Below are positions 1-10,695 of a stretch of 24,459 nt of DNA, in pieces. The translations under genes and the position numbers were made by a program. The notes below the pieces were generated by a model. It was not told the origin of the DNA. It made no database searches and saw only the letters and a program-made list of their open reading frames with translations. Numbering within the stretch: the first letter of the stretch is position 1; every line of letters starts with the position of its first letter. Origin of the DNA: Histomonas meleagridis 2922-C6/04-290x (Eukaryota; Protista; Parabasalia); contig JAANOX010000133.1 in NCBI GenBank assembly GCA_020184695.1, positions 1 to 24,459 on the forward strand, in the 5' to 3' direction.

Positions 1-144
1 GGGCACCTCCGGAGGCCGAAGACCCCGGAAATCCCCCCAGTGAAAACTTAAGGTCGGGAATGATCACGAGGACCCTAGGGGCCCCGTCCCCGGCGGGGCC
101 CCTAGGGTCCTCGTGATCATTCCCGACCGCATTATATACCTACC
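1..144 (+). repeat. GC-rich hairpin unit, left copy; inverted homolog of 15874-16002
   Basis: GGGCACCTCCGGAGGCC (1-17) and CGACCGCATTATATACCTACC (124-144) match the reverse complements of 15986-16002 and 15874-15894 exactly; the sequence between is colinear but diverged. Confidence 0.9.
52..128. other. Perfect 35-bp inverted repeat with 7-nt loop (hairpin/cruciform)
   Basis: Arm 52-86 GGTCGGGAATGATCACGAGGACCCTAGGGGCCCCG is the exact reverse complement of 94-128; loop TCCCCGG at 87-93. Confidence 0.97.
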
Positions 145-905
145 CAAGCTCAATTAGCGGAAGCAAAAATGATTATTATTGAACGTCAACATGAAATAGA
201 TACTAATGAACAAATGCGAATTAAAAGTAGCTTACAACGTGAGTTAGAAAGAGTAAAGAATGAAAATGAAACTTTACAGAAAGTTTTAAAATCAGAAGAT
301 TATAAGAATGCAAATGAAAAGCGAGCACAAACACAATATGAATTAAAAAAAGCACGTTATGAAAATGAACTATTAAAAGCTCAAAATGAAGCTAAAATAA
401 AATGTGAACAAGAAAGAATTAAAAGAATGACGTCATTAACTTTAGAGCAATATCAGGCGTTAGATACCCAATACATAACAAGCATTAAAGGTTTGTATCA
501 ACAACAACTTATTGAAGAAGAAAAGCAGCGTACTGGATTGAGAGTAAGAGCAAGATTTGAGAGATCGAAAGAAGCGGAAATTGAGCAACAACGAAAAACA
601 GTTGATGAAGAAATTAAAGCACAAGAATTAGGAGCGTATCAAACAGCCGTCGGTCCAAACCAGAAATAAGCTCGACGCACAAAGAATCGATCGTTAAAAA
701 CGCTCGGAAAAAGTTCAAACAAAATAACGTGAAAAAGAAATTAAAAGAAAAGAGAGATTACAAGCAACCGAAAAAAATAAGATTGCTTTTGACGCTGAAT
801 TAGAATATTTAAATTCTGAGGAACATAAAGCACAAATACAGAAAAATACAAATTTGAAAATAGCAACGTTACAAAATCAAAGAAGAGCTCAAAATATTAT
901 GTTAA
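145..905 (+). pseudogene. E/Q/K/R-rich coiled-coil protein, disrupted and truncated at both ends
   Basis: The frame of ORF 169-669 is open upstream to the hairpin unit (TQAQLAEAK-MIIIER). After a frameshift near 660 it continues RNKLDAQRIDR*KRSEKVQTK*REKEIKRKERLQ, with TAA at 695 and 725. Confidence 0.7.
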
Positions 906-2198
906 TGCAATGCTATAGACCAATACAGAATTTATTCAAACACAGATAAAATTCAAGACGTTCATAACGCAAGGTATGAATGGTTCATGCTTTCTAATTC
1001 ATTATCTGATGAAGCTAAAGCCGGTAATGATTGTTTCGCAACTATTGATAAAATCAGAGCTCATGATTCAATGGTTCCTGGCGTTTACTGTGACTTTAGC
1101 GCTATTACCTCAGCAAAAGAAGTTATAGTTAAGATTCCATTAAGAATTCCAATAAGTTATTTCTTAATGTTATTTAATATGCGATATTATCCTAACTGGA
1201 GCGGCAAGCTTTCAATCGAACTGATGCCTTCATATCAAAATATTGTTATTGCTCCTGTATGCGATCATGAATCATTAGTTGCTGCAAAAGCTGTAGTTGA
1301 AGGAGATTATTTATGCGACCTTGGATTTAGAAATGTTAATGAATCAGTAAAGAGCAACATTAAAGCAACAGCAGGAAGCGGTTCAACAACTTACGCAACA
1401 ATGGATGCTCCTCAAAAATTTGTTTGCAATTCACAAATTACAAAAGATGTAAAAATTAAGCTTGCAACATATCTTTTGAAAATGGATGTGTTTAATGCTC
1501 TTGCTGCAAAATATATTCAAGTTCCGATGCTATTTCCAATTCACGTTTGTCAAGTAAGAGATTTCACACAACCACTCGGAAGTAATTCAACAAGTGCTCC
1601 AACATCATTTAACACAGCTGCAACAATCGGATTAAAACACTGCGATACAATGTTTACAGTATTCAGACAAAGTCAATATTCACGGACATGCTTCTTGAAT
1701 CCACAAATAAGATATAGTTTTAATATTGACGGTAAAATTTATCCGAGAGAAGCATATGAAACCGTTGATGACCCAAGAAATCTTAATATGTTACTTGATG
1801 CTGTGAATCTTAATGGAAGTCTTTTGAGTTCATTAGCAAAAGATATTAAAACATCAGTTCAACCGTATTATTATAAGAATACATATAATGCTTCAGGCGT
1901 TAACACTAAAACAAGAGCATGGCATGGTAAAGATAATTCTAATTTCTTCATAGGACTGCCGTTTGCAGAAGGAGAAGATTTTATGGGTGGAATTTCAACC
2001 ACTGGAACAGTTCAGATTGAATTATTCGGAGATAGATTAGCTAATACTGCAATGAAAAATGTAACGTATATCGCACCAACAGGAATATACTTTGAAGACG
2101 CATTATTGAAAGTTAGAGCAATGAAACCTGACGGTAGAAGTCAAATTGAAATTACCAACGCAAGCATCGAGCAACTTGTAGCAGGAATGGCTCGCTAA
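906..2198 (+). pseudogene. Putative double-jelly-roll major capsid protein (Polinton/PLV-like), copy 1, 5'-truncated; ORF 987-2198 is open
   Basis: Beta-rich protein with CFLNPQIRYSFNIDGKIYP, resembling the Polinton MCP F-x-N/H...L-x-I/V-x-G-x-x-x-P motif. Colinear with 17771-19400. The frame is open upstream from 906 (NAIDQYRIYSN aligns to NQLLDQLQIMSN), but the first ~110 aa present in copy 2 are absent. Confidence 0.6.
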
Positions 2199-2248
2199 GA
2201 TTTTTAGTTTGATTTTTAAAATATTTTTATTTTTTTATTTTTATATAA

Positions 2249-2827
2249 ATGGAGAAACAAGGAGAGTGGATCGATTGCGTTGCCGATAATGATTATGAAA
2301 TTTTTACTGATTTTCCATATCAGATAAGAAAGAAATCAAATAAGAAAATCATAAGAGAAAGTGTTCATAAATACACTGGATATGTGATTTGTAATTTAAA
2401 TCTAAAAATGTATAGAAAGCATAGAATAATTGCTCAACAATTTATATATAATGATGATCCAGAAACAAAGACATTTATCGATCACATTAATCACATTAAG
2501 ACAGATAACAGAATTGAAAATTTACGTTGGTGTTCTCCTGCCGAAAATAATAATAATAGATCGACTCACAATAAAACGGTAAATGAGTATTTTGATGAAA
2601 TAAACGAAGATTCAATTGAAGTTCGTGAATATAGCAATCATAAATTTGAAGATTATTATTATGACGATCAAACGGATGCTTTTTACTTCTGGAACGGTTT
2701 GAAATTCAGAAAGCTAAGAATATTTTATACGAAATATGATAAAGCATTTGTTAACATGAAAGATATTAATAATAAACGCGTTCGCGTTTTCTATTCAGCA
2801 TTTAAAAAACAATATGATTTGATATAA
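2249..2827 (+). CDS. HNH (HNH_3-like) endonuclease, 192 aa
   Basis: Motif HRIIAQQFI...FIDHINHIKTDNRIENLRWCSPAENNNNR; ATG start, intact frame. Confidence 0.9.
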   Translation: MEKQGEWIDCVADNDYEIFTDFPYQIRKKSNKKIIRESVHKYTGYVICNLNLKMYRKHRIIAQQFIYNDDPETKTFIDHINHIKTDNRIENLRWCSPAENNNNRSTHNKTVNEYFDEINEDSIEVREYSNHKFEDYYYDDQTDAFYFWNGLKFRKLRIFYTKYDKAFVNMKDINNKRVRVFYSAFKKQYDLI

Positions 2828-3030
2828 AAATAATGTTTGAATTGTTTAATGTATCATTTATTTTTGAAGGTTAAAAAATCACAAAAAAGTTAACCTTTCA
2901 GTAACTGAAGCAAACATGCAATATTCATGTCAAATCATTCGAAAAATGCTCATTTTATCCGTTTCGTTGAGGGTTAGAAAAAGGGTTCATTTTTTTATTT
3001 TTTTAACCCTCAAAATTTAAATGGTACTTT

Positions 3031-3384
3031 TTAACATTTAACGCCAAAATTATTTGGTAATTCGTCTTCACCATCAGCAACTGTAATTTCACAATTGCCA
3101 GGATTCCACATCAAAATAAATCTTCCTTTTGCAGTATTTGGTATTGGTTCATAAATCTTAACATTTATTCCACAATAGACATTAAATAATGATTCTAAAC
3201 CAAACCTTTTGGCTCTTTTAAACATTTCAGGACGTACAGCAATGACATATTTATATATTACGCAATCATTAATGTAGAAATAAATATTTTCTATAAACGG
3301 TAATTGTTTTGTTGTTATCTTTTTTGTAAGTTTTAGATGTTTGATGTAATCGAAAATATTTAATGGAATCAGAGATTCTTCCAT
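3031..3384 (-). CDS. Hypothetical protein, 117 aa, element-associated
   Basis: ATG start and intact frame; head-to-head with the gene starting at 3422; no recognised motif. Confidence 0.65.
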   Translation of the reverse strand: MEESLIPLNIFDYIKHLKLTKKITTKQLPFIENIYFYINDCVIYKYVIAVRPEMFKRAKRFGLESLFNVYCGINVKIYEPIPNTAKGRFILMWNPGNCEITVADGEDELPNNFGVKC

Positions 3385-3421
3385 TTAATAACAGTAAAAA
3401 TAATTTTTTATCACTTAAAAA
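3385..3421. promoter_or_regulatory. 37-bp divergent intergenic spacer with trichomonad-type Inr
   Basis: TCACTT at 3411-3416, just upstream of the ATG at 3422; the opposite-strand ATG is at 3384. Confidence 0.5.
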
Positions 3422-3985
3422 ATGTCAGTTCCTAAAAGTAGTGTTTTATCTTGCAATTGAGGATTTTTTGCAAGGGTTGGAACAAATTTAAATTCTCCGA
3501 AATAGAGCCAAAGTCAAAACGTTAATGGTGTGGTCAATCCCTATGAACGCGTCGCGGTTTATCCTGATGTTAATGCAACAGAAAATACTCCTGATGTCAA
3601 AGAACGTTCGATTGAAACAGCGAATGATACATTAACTAATCTTGAGCAAATAATACACGACAAAGACTTATTAATACAAGCGTTAGTTTTATGTTTAGAT
3701 ATAGTAGAAAATAATCCGTTAATAGTTAATAAATATGTCATTGCCGAGGAAGAAGAGTTAGTAAAACTTGTTCAATTATTGTGCGACACAAATGAAGTAG
3801 AATTACTAAAAGCAGACACCGAAGCCGGTTGTTGCAAAAGCTCAACGCTAGATTACGTTTCAAAAATATATGTGAAGAAAGACGGTAATACTTATAATTT
3901 GAAATATAATTATCCTGATGTATGCCAATTTCTTTCGGAAAGAAAAATAAGCACAAAATTTGTGAAAAGTTCAGGAAAAAAATAA
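3422..3985 (+). pseudogene. Hypothetical Maverick-type protein (~187 codons) with two nonsense codons
   Basis: ATG 3422 is in frame with ORF 3530-3985: MSVPKSSVLSCN*GFFARVGTNLNSPK*SQSQNVNGVVNPYERV; TGA at 3458, TAG at 3503. Confidence 0.7.
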
Positions 3986-4003
3986 GTTATAAATAAATGC
4001 TAC

Positions 4004-4048
4004 CTACCAACCTCACTTAACTTAACCTAACAATAAAATTCGAGAAAG
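4004..4048. repeat. Left arm of an imperfect ~45-50-bp inverted repeat flanking the KilA-N gene
   Basis: Reverse complement CTTTCTCGAATTTT-ATTGTTAGGTTAAGTTA...GTTGGTA aligns with 4911-4960. Confidence 0.75.
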
Positions 4049-4052
4049 CTTC

Positions 4053-4731
4053 TCATTTTTCAAATTCAGGATGATACTTCCTAACGAATGAACTCCATGA
4101 ATTAACTTTTTTCTCAACTTCTTCAAGTCTCTTTTTATTTTCTTTGTATTCTCTGATATCTCTCGCTAAATCTACTTGCTCCCATTGATCCAAAGTTATT
4201 CCTGAGTCTCTATATCCCCAAAACGTTTTATTCTCTAACTCTTTATCGATTGAAGGAGCTATTGATTTTGCAACTTCAACAAATACAGGTTTAGCATTTT
4301 CAACTGTATCAGGTAATTGTTTTTCATTTAATACTTCATGAACTTTGTCATTAATAAAATTTATTATCTTTTCAATGTAAATTGCGTAAGTTTGTGAAGC
4401 CCAAAAGCAAATATGATTTATTAAACGCGGATGAACATAAGTACCTCTTAAATAATTTATTTTAACATAAAAACCTTTATTTAATTGATAAATTGGCTTT
4501 TGTTCTTGCTCGCCCTTTTCTGGGCTGCCATAATATTCATTAGAAAATGCTTCATAATATGCTTGCCATAATTGATTTTCAAATATTTTACAGAAACGTT
4601 TGTGAAATTGTTTACACATATCTGTGGCATTAATAAGACCATCTTTCTCTCTAATTAATACTGCAATTCCATTACAAGTACCACGAATGAAATTTTCACT
4701 ATTGTATAAAAATTTTTGACTGTTCAACCAT
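4053..4731 (-). pseudogene. KilA-N domain protein with a +1 frameshift near the start
   Basis: VLIREKDGLINATDMCK...RGTYVHPRLINHICFWAS are KilA-N motifs. The ATG at 4731 (MVEQSK) is one base out of frame with ORF 4053-4727 across an A5T5 run. Confidence 0.88.
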
Positions 4732-4910
4732 GTTCTTTTATAGAAGATAAAAAATCAAATTCTAAAAAAATAATAGCTTTATTTTTTCTGAGGTTTGAGC
4801 CTGTTTCTTATGCTCGCCCTTTTCTGGGCTAGCAAGCTCCTAAGCATTTTTGGCTTGATTTGACACAATCAAAAATGATGGTTCGTCAGAAACTGCTATT
4901 TTTGCAAAGT

Positions 4911-4960
4911 CTTTCTCGAATTTTCAATGATAGGTTAAGTTAGGTTAGGTTCAGTTGGTA
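4911..4960. repeat. Right arm of the imperfect inverted repeat flanking the KilA-N gene
   Basis: CTTTCTCGAATTTTCAATGATAGGTTAAGTTAGGTTAGGTTCAGTTGGTA; the first 14 nt match the reverse complement of 4035-4048 exactly. Confidence 0.75.
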
Positions 4961-4983
4961 AGTCGCAAAAATAAATTTTATTT

Positions 4984-5220
4984 TTAGCTCATCAACTTCT
5001 TTATCGAATCACTTGAATTTCTACAGTTTTCTATAATTTTCGGCGTGCAATGATAATAATAACTTCAGTTTTCATATTTACCGATAAAATTTCCAGGAGA
5101 TTCAAAAAATACCTCGGTGAAGACATGTTCAATCTTAAACTTGCCGAGTTTATGACCAATAAATTATTCATCTTTCAATACCATAAAATAACTTGATATA
5201 CCAGGTAGTTACCAGGTAAT
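4984..5220 (-). pseudogene. Probable C-terminal fragment of a protein-primed family B DNA polymerase
   Basis: Manual translation of 5184 to 4984: MVLKDE*FIGHKLGKFKIEHVFTEVFFESPGNFIGKYEN*SYYYHC..., resembling the LGx(F/W)KxE...ExxFxxPKxY segment of pPolB. Absent from the ORF track. Confidence 0.5.
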
Positions 5221-5226
5221 GTTGCG

Positions 5227-5300
5227 ATTAGCTAAAGGAAATTCAGAAATGTTCTGTGAGTTTATCCGTTTGAGTGATATGAGCCGAAAATCAAGAGTTT
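5227..5300 (+). repeat. Dispersed repeat; homolog of 24206-24280
   Basis: ATTAGCTAAAGGAAATTC (18 nt) is identical in both places, followed by ~55 nt of gapless partial identity (TGAGTTT, AGTGAT, GTTT blocks). Confidence 0.8.
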
Positions 5301-5379
5301 GCAGCCGTAAATGCCGAAATGAAATAAGCTTAATTTTAATGTAGTTTTTTTTTTCTTAACAAGTATAAAAGGAAGCTAA

Positions 5380-6090
5380 ATGGCTATTGTTAATATTACG
5401 TGCACAAAAGATGCGAAAACAAGCATTGTTACTTATAAAACAGAAGAACAAATTCAAAAATACATTGACAATCAAATCAATAAATATGTTGCTGAGCATG
5501 AAGAAGAAGTATAGAGAATATATTATTTGAGAATAGAGCATACGAAGGAAGATTATGAAAAGATTCTTGATGAAATAGAGTACAACATGCATCACATTCC
5601 CGAAAAGTATTTAAAACCTGAAAATGAATTTATAACGGTCGATATGATTAAAGAACAATATAAAAAACAAGCTCAAGAAGAATATCAACTTGTTTTAAAT
5701 GACATGAAGAAAGCAGAAAATTTTCAGAAATTTTTAATTCAAGAAAGAAAGAAATTAGAAAAATATCCTCGGTGTAATCAAAATGTTATTGATAATTTGA
5801 CAGAATACATAAACCAAACCGTTAATTATTACCATCAAGATTTAATCGATGAGTATTTTGAATTATTCGTTCAAAAAGTCAAAAATATTTGTCCGAAAGA
5901 TAAAGATTACTGTAAAACAATTGAAAGTGTGTATTTAAACAAAAACGGTAAGCGTGCGATGCAAATTCTTGATAAATTTTCACAAAGATTAATTAATGTT
6001 TTAACGACAATTGCATTTATGGTTAAAAATAACAAAACTTCTGAATTTATGTTAATCGAAACAATATTAAAGAATAAATTTTATCGATAA
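5380..6090 (+). pseudogene. Hypothetical helical protein (~236 codons) with one nonsense codon
   Basis: ATG 5380 is in frame with ORF 5527-6090; a single TAG at 5512 (HEEEV*RIYYLRIEH). Confidence 0.7.
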
Positions 6091-6197
6091 CGTCAAAAGT
6101 AATTGCTGGAAAGATAATGATGGCGTAAGCAAGATTTTTAACTCCAATATCAATTGACAATATCGACATTTTTATAAGTATAAAAAAAATAAATTTT

Positions 6198-7187
6198 TCA
6201 TTTTATTTTCGTAGCATAATATGTTCTATGAACGTTTGTTATTTTCCACGTTCCTGTTTCTTTAAGCATTCCTTTTATCTCATCTTTCCGAATCATGCAC
6301 CACTTGACAGCTTTCCACATTTTAACGATTGACATAACAGAAATTTTTTTTTTATTCGGAAAATATTTTTCAACAAAGAAATTGATATCTTCTGATTCTT
6401 CAACTTCTTCTTGAATTCTTTTAATTTCATCTCGCAATCTTTCTTCCGCTTCTTTTCTTCTATCTTCTATATCTTCAATGGAATATTCATATTCTTTCAT
6501 CATTTTTTCGCACTTTACACACTTCAGTGAGTGATACTTTGCATTAAATTTATGAACTTCAGCCGAATAATTCATTGAAGCTTCAATGACTTTATCAACA
6601 TCATACATTTCAATGTTAAACTCATTAAATTCTTTACCGCGCAAATCCTTGTTTTTAATCCTCCAGCAATACTCAGCTAATAATTTATAAAAATCATCAA
6701 TTATCTTTAATTCAGACCTTTTACGTAATTTTAAGGCGTCAGCATTATATGTTTATGCTTTACTTTAAAGTTTTATTGAGTGATTGCAAGAATAGGTTTG
6801 TGTTTTTCTGTTAATTTTTCAAATTAATGCTTTTATTTCTGTTGGATCACTTTTTTCAATTTCAATTTTTGGGAAACTTTTAACAGAAACATCAATCGTT
6901 AATTCAGGAATATGTACTGCTGGAATAGATTTTGCAAATTCTAAAATTTGCTCTAAATATTGTTGATTTCTTTCTAATTTAACTTCAACGGGAAGCTGAT
7001 TATTCAAGATTTTATTTTTATATTCTTTAATAGTACTAGCATAATCATTAACTGAATCATCAATTTTATTTTCAATCTTTATATTATCTAATTTAGTCAA
7101 ACATATAGCAGATGTTTGATTTTCCGAGATCGAACAGGTTCGAGCCTCCAGTGAGACGAGAGTCGAACAAGAATTTTTCATTAACAT
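6198..7187 (-). pseudogene. Hypothetical protein (~330 codons) joining ORFs 6819-7187 and 6198-6644
   Basis: Removing one T at ~6820 gives ALIEKLTEKHKPILAITQ*NFKVKA*TYNADALKLRKRSELK...KDLRGKEFNEF, which is continuous with the second ORF. Confidence 0.7.
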
Positions 7188-8965
7188 TTTTATAGTAATT
7201 AAAAAAATAAATAACTATTGATATTTTTTGACGCCTTATTTTTATTAATATCTTTTTTTAATACTATTCTTGAATTTCCATTCTTATAAAATACTACATC
7301 ATAATACTTATTATTAATGTTATTTTTAGCATTATTAATTATGATATTTTTTTCTTCATTAGTTGAATTTTTGATAGGTTTTTTCTCAATTAATGTGTTA
7401 TCATTATCATCAATATTATTATTAAAAAAACAAACGCACCAGGTATTTTACTAATAATTTTACCGCCTTTATTTATTATGAGTGATAACTCACTTCATGT
7501 TTGTTTACCTTTATCAGGATAAATTTATTAAGAGAAAAGATATTAAACCGTATATGATAAAAATATTTAGTAATAAACCTAATACTTGGTTTCATAATTT
7601 ATATGATAATGGTAAACATAATTCACGTTATTACCATATATTTATTGGAACTAATAATAGATATGTTGTATATCCTTTACAAAGTAAATCTTCTAAACAT
7701 ATTAATTATACATTAAAACAAGAAATTAATAAATATCATCCTGTAAAATTAACATCTGATGAAAAACCTGGTTTTTTAGATAAACACCAGTGTGATGGGT
7801 TAATTGAGCAATCAAAACCAACATTGATTTCTGTGGCAGAGGCCTTGCAAACATCAATAAACGTTTTACGCGACCGTTTAATTAAAAACCAATATACTAC
7901 TTCGATGAAATCTCTCAAAAAATTAGCACTTAAAGCGACCGTTAATTTAGAACCGCCATTAGTTTACAAATTAATTCGTGATGAGAATTCAATTGTTGAT
8001 TCGAGGGCGATAGAATTATTCGAACCTGTAAATATATTTCATTTTGATTATTATAATATTTTAGAAAAGAAAATTGATTATACACCATCCAGTTGGTAAT
8101 TTTTACCAAAGGAAAATTTAATATTCTTTTTTCCATGAAAGATAATAATTCGAAAAATATTGATAATTATGAAAAAATTCGAAATTATATAGTAAATTTA
8201 TATCAAAATATTCCTGATATTTTCAAAAATTAATCTGGAAATGAACGCTTTCTTATTAATAGTCATATTTCAATTGCATTTTTATAATGTCGATATTCAA
8301 ATACCAGGAATTTCTTCACCTCATCTAAAAGGCACTTTTTCTATTAGTGCTAGAAAAGCTGGGACTGGGTATCTGAATTTAGATTCATTATTAAATAGTG
8401 ATAAAAATCCAGATATTAATGAAATGAATCCCATTATATCTCGGCTCAAATAAAATAATCCTTTATATGCGGAAATTCTTCCTATAACTATTGAATATTT
8501 TCAAGCTAGAATAGATACGTCAGTTAATCCTGGAAATGATGTACCGGCTTTTGCTTATATTGATGAAAATATGAATGATGTTCGCTCAAATGAATATAAT
8601 ATAATTCCAATTAATTAACCTGATGAAGCAGGTTGGAACTCGAAGAAATTTTATACTTATGTTTTCCAATGTTATTTCCGTTTGGAAAACTTGAACCTAT
8701 TTCATTAAAAACAATTCGCAAAAAAGCTAGATCTATACTTTTAGGACATCCATTTTATCGTTGCTGTAGGCCTCAATGTTCCTTAATTCTATTTTTATAC
8801 AATGCTATTGTGACTAAAAATGCAGCTTTTATTCAAAATTAATTATTTTTTAAATATATAACATTCCAAATGGAGCATCAGGTAATATTCCGAATTCTCT
8901 TTTTAAATTAAATGAACACTGCATTCCCAGAATATTAATCTCAAAAACGATCACATGTTCGCGCC

Positions 8966-9643
8966 ATGTGCTGTGAGTTTGGAGATCCTGACTTGATGCT
9001 TACATTTACTTTTGTAAACGATTGGTCAGATGTTAAAATTATTGAAAATAATATTATGAGCATACGGTTTGAAACAGATAAGTGTGATATAAGATTTTGT
9101 CCTTATGAAAAAATATCGATATGGCATTCACGATTTTCTGAAGTGTCCGAAAAAGGTTTTTCCCTATTGATTTCACAAATGGGTTTCGGGAATGTCGCTT
9201 ATTATTGTTGGAGACTTGAATTTCAAGCGCGTGGCGCACCCCATGTGCATGCTTTAATTTGGCTCCAGGAACGTATTTTAGTTGAATCACTTCATGATAA
9301 ATATTTTGCGCATGCACCAAATTCAGAGCTAAGAAAAATGTATCATTTAGTGAATTCTGCAATGATTCATAATTGTAGAGTTCAAAGGTGTCTAAAAGGT
9401 AATCCTGATGGAAATTGTAAATATGGTTTTCCAAAACTACCATGCCATGAAATGTTCATAAATGAAGATGGTGAAATTTTTCTTCCACGTGATGCAGATG
9501 AAAGTAGAATTATCGAATATACACCTATTTTTCTATATTAGTGGGGTGGTCACTGTCACATGCACATTTTAAGACATACAATGCATGAAAAATACTCACC
9601 AAATGCAGTACATAATATCGTTAAATATAATTATAAACCCTAA
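8966..9643 (+). pseudogene. HUH Rep (replication initiator) domain of the Helitron
   Basis: Motif 1 GDPDLMLTFTF, motif 2 LEFQARGAPHVHALIW (HUH), motif 3 NIVKYNYK (9614-9637); in-frame stops at 9539 and 9641. Confidence 0.92.
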
Positions 9644-10695
9644 CCAAGTTTGAGATTACAAGTTCCTGATCAATCAAATAATTATAAAACAAGTTTTAAT
9701 GCAAGAGTAGTTTCAGTTGAAAAAGCTTTGATCGAAATAGTAAGTTTGAATTATTTTGGTTCGGATACATCATCATTATATGTGCCAATTAAACCACCAG
9801 AAAATCGACAAGTTGCTTTCGATAAATATAATCGAATCCATATCTCTTGGGTTGACAAATATTTTCGTCGCCCAAAGGAATTAGAAAGAATGGGCAGTTT
9901 AACATTCTTTTCTTTATATAAAATTAAACCAATGAATATTACAAATCAAGATCAAATTAATAAGATTCGTCGAAGCGAAAGAGAACAACTTGAATTTCCT
10001 TATCGTCCAGTACGTGAACCATTAACCTTACATGCTGATTCAACTTGGGAAAATGATACATTTCCTTCCCCAACTTTGATTGAGCATCATTTATCCTGAT
10101 GGAAAACTTCCAAATGCAAGAGCTTTAGAAATTAAATTACGAACAGTTCCGAAAATTATTCTGACTGCAAAATATAATATAACATCAAATATTGAAAATT
10201 TTTGTTATATTTATTCATTATTAAGTGGTTCGTGGCGTAGTGATGAAGAATAAAAAGCTGGGCAACCAACATGGTTTAAAGCATCAAAATATCATGGTTT
10301 ATCACTTCCTGAAAATGATCAGGTTTTTTCTTATTTCAAATTATTGATAAATTATATGTTAGATTCACCTAGATATAGTTATCATGATATTGTTAGAACA
10401 ATATCAATGATGAATTATGATATGATTGAATATTTAAAAAAAAATAATTTTCAATATTTCGAACGAACAGAAACATAAAATAGAAAATATAATTCACAAA
10501 ATTAATACATCAAGAAATATCGAAGATAGGATTGAAGATATTAGTACGGTTCCATTCGAAAAGTTACTTAATCAGTATATAATATATAAAAAATCAGATA
10601 GAGAACGTAAAGAAGCGAGACAAAGGTATATTGCTACTGTAATCAGATTAAATAATGAACAAAAATATATAAATAATGAATTAATTATTCAAAGA

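Larger units (their letters stand above)
145..7187. mobile_element. Decayed Polinton/Maverick-like endogenous virus segment
   Basis: Compact cluster of a putative MCP, HNH, KilA-N, a pPolB-like fragment and hypothetical ORFs, most with nonsense or frameshift lesions. No integrase, ATPase, protease or own TIR is visible. Confidence 0.65.

Noticed and set aside
9054-9443. 129-aa antisense ORF, and likewise 3559-3741, 3738-3956, 5356-5595, 7736-7918, 7942-8136, 17403-17681, 18228-18446, 19375-19569 and 23393-23641
   Set aside because: They overlap better-supported genes on the opposite strand and have no motifs.
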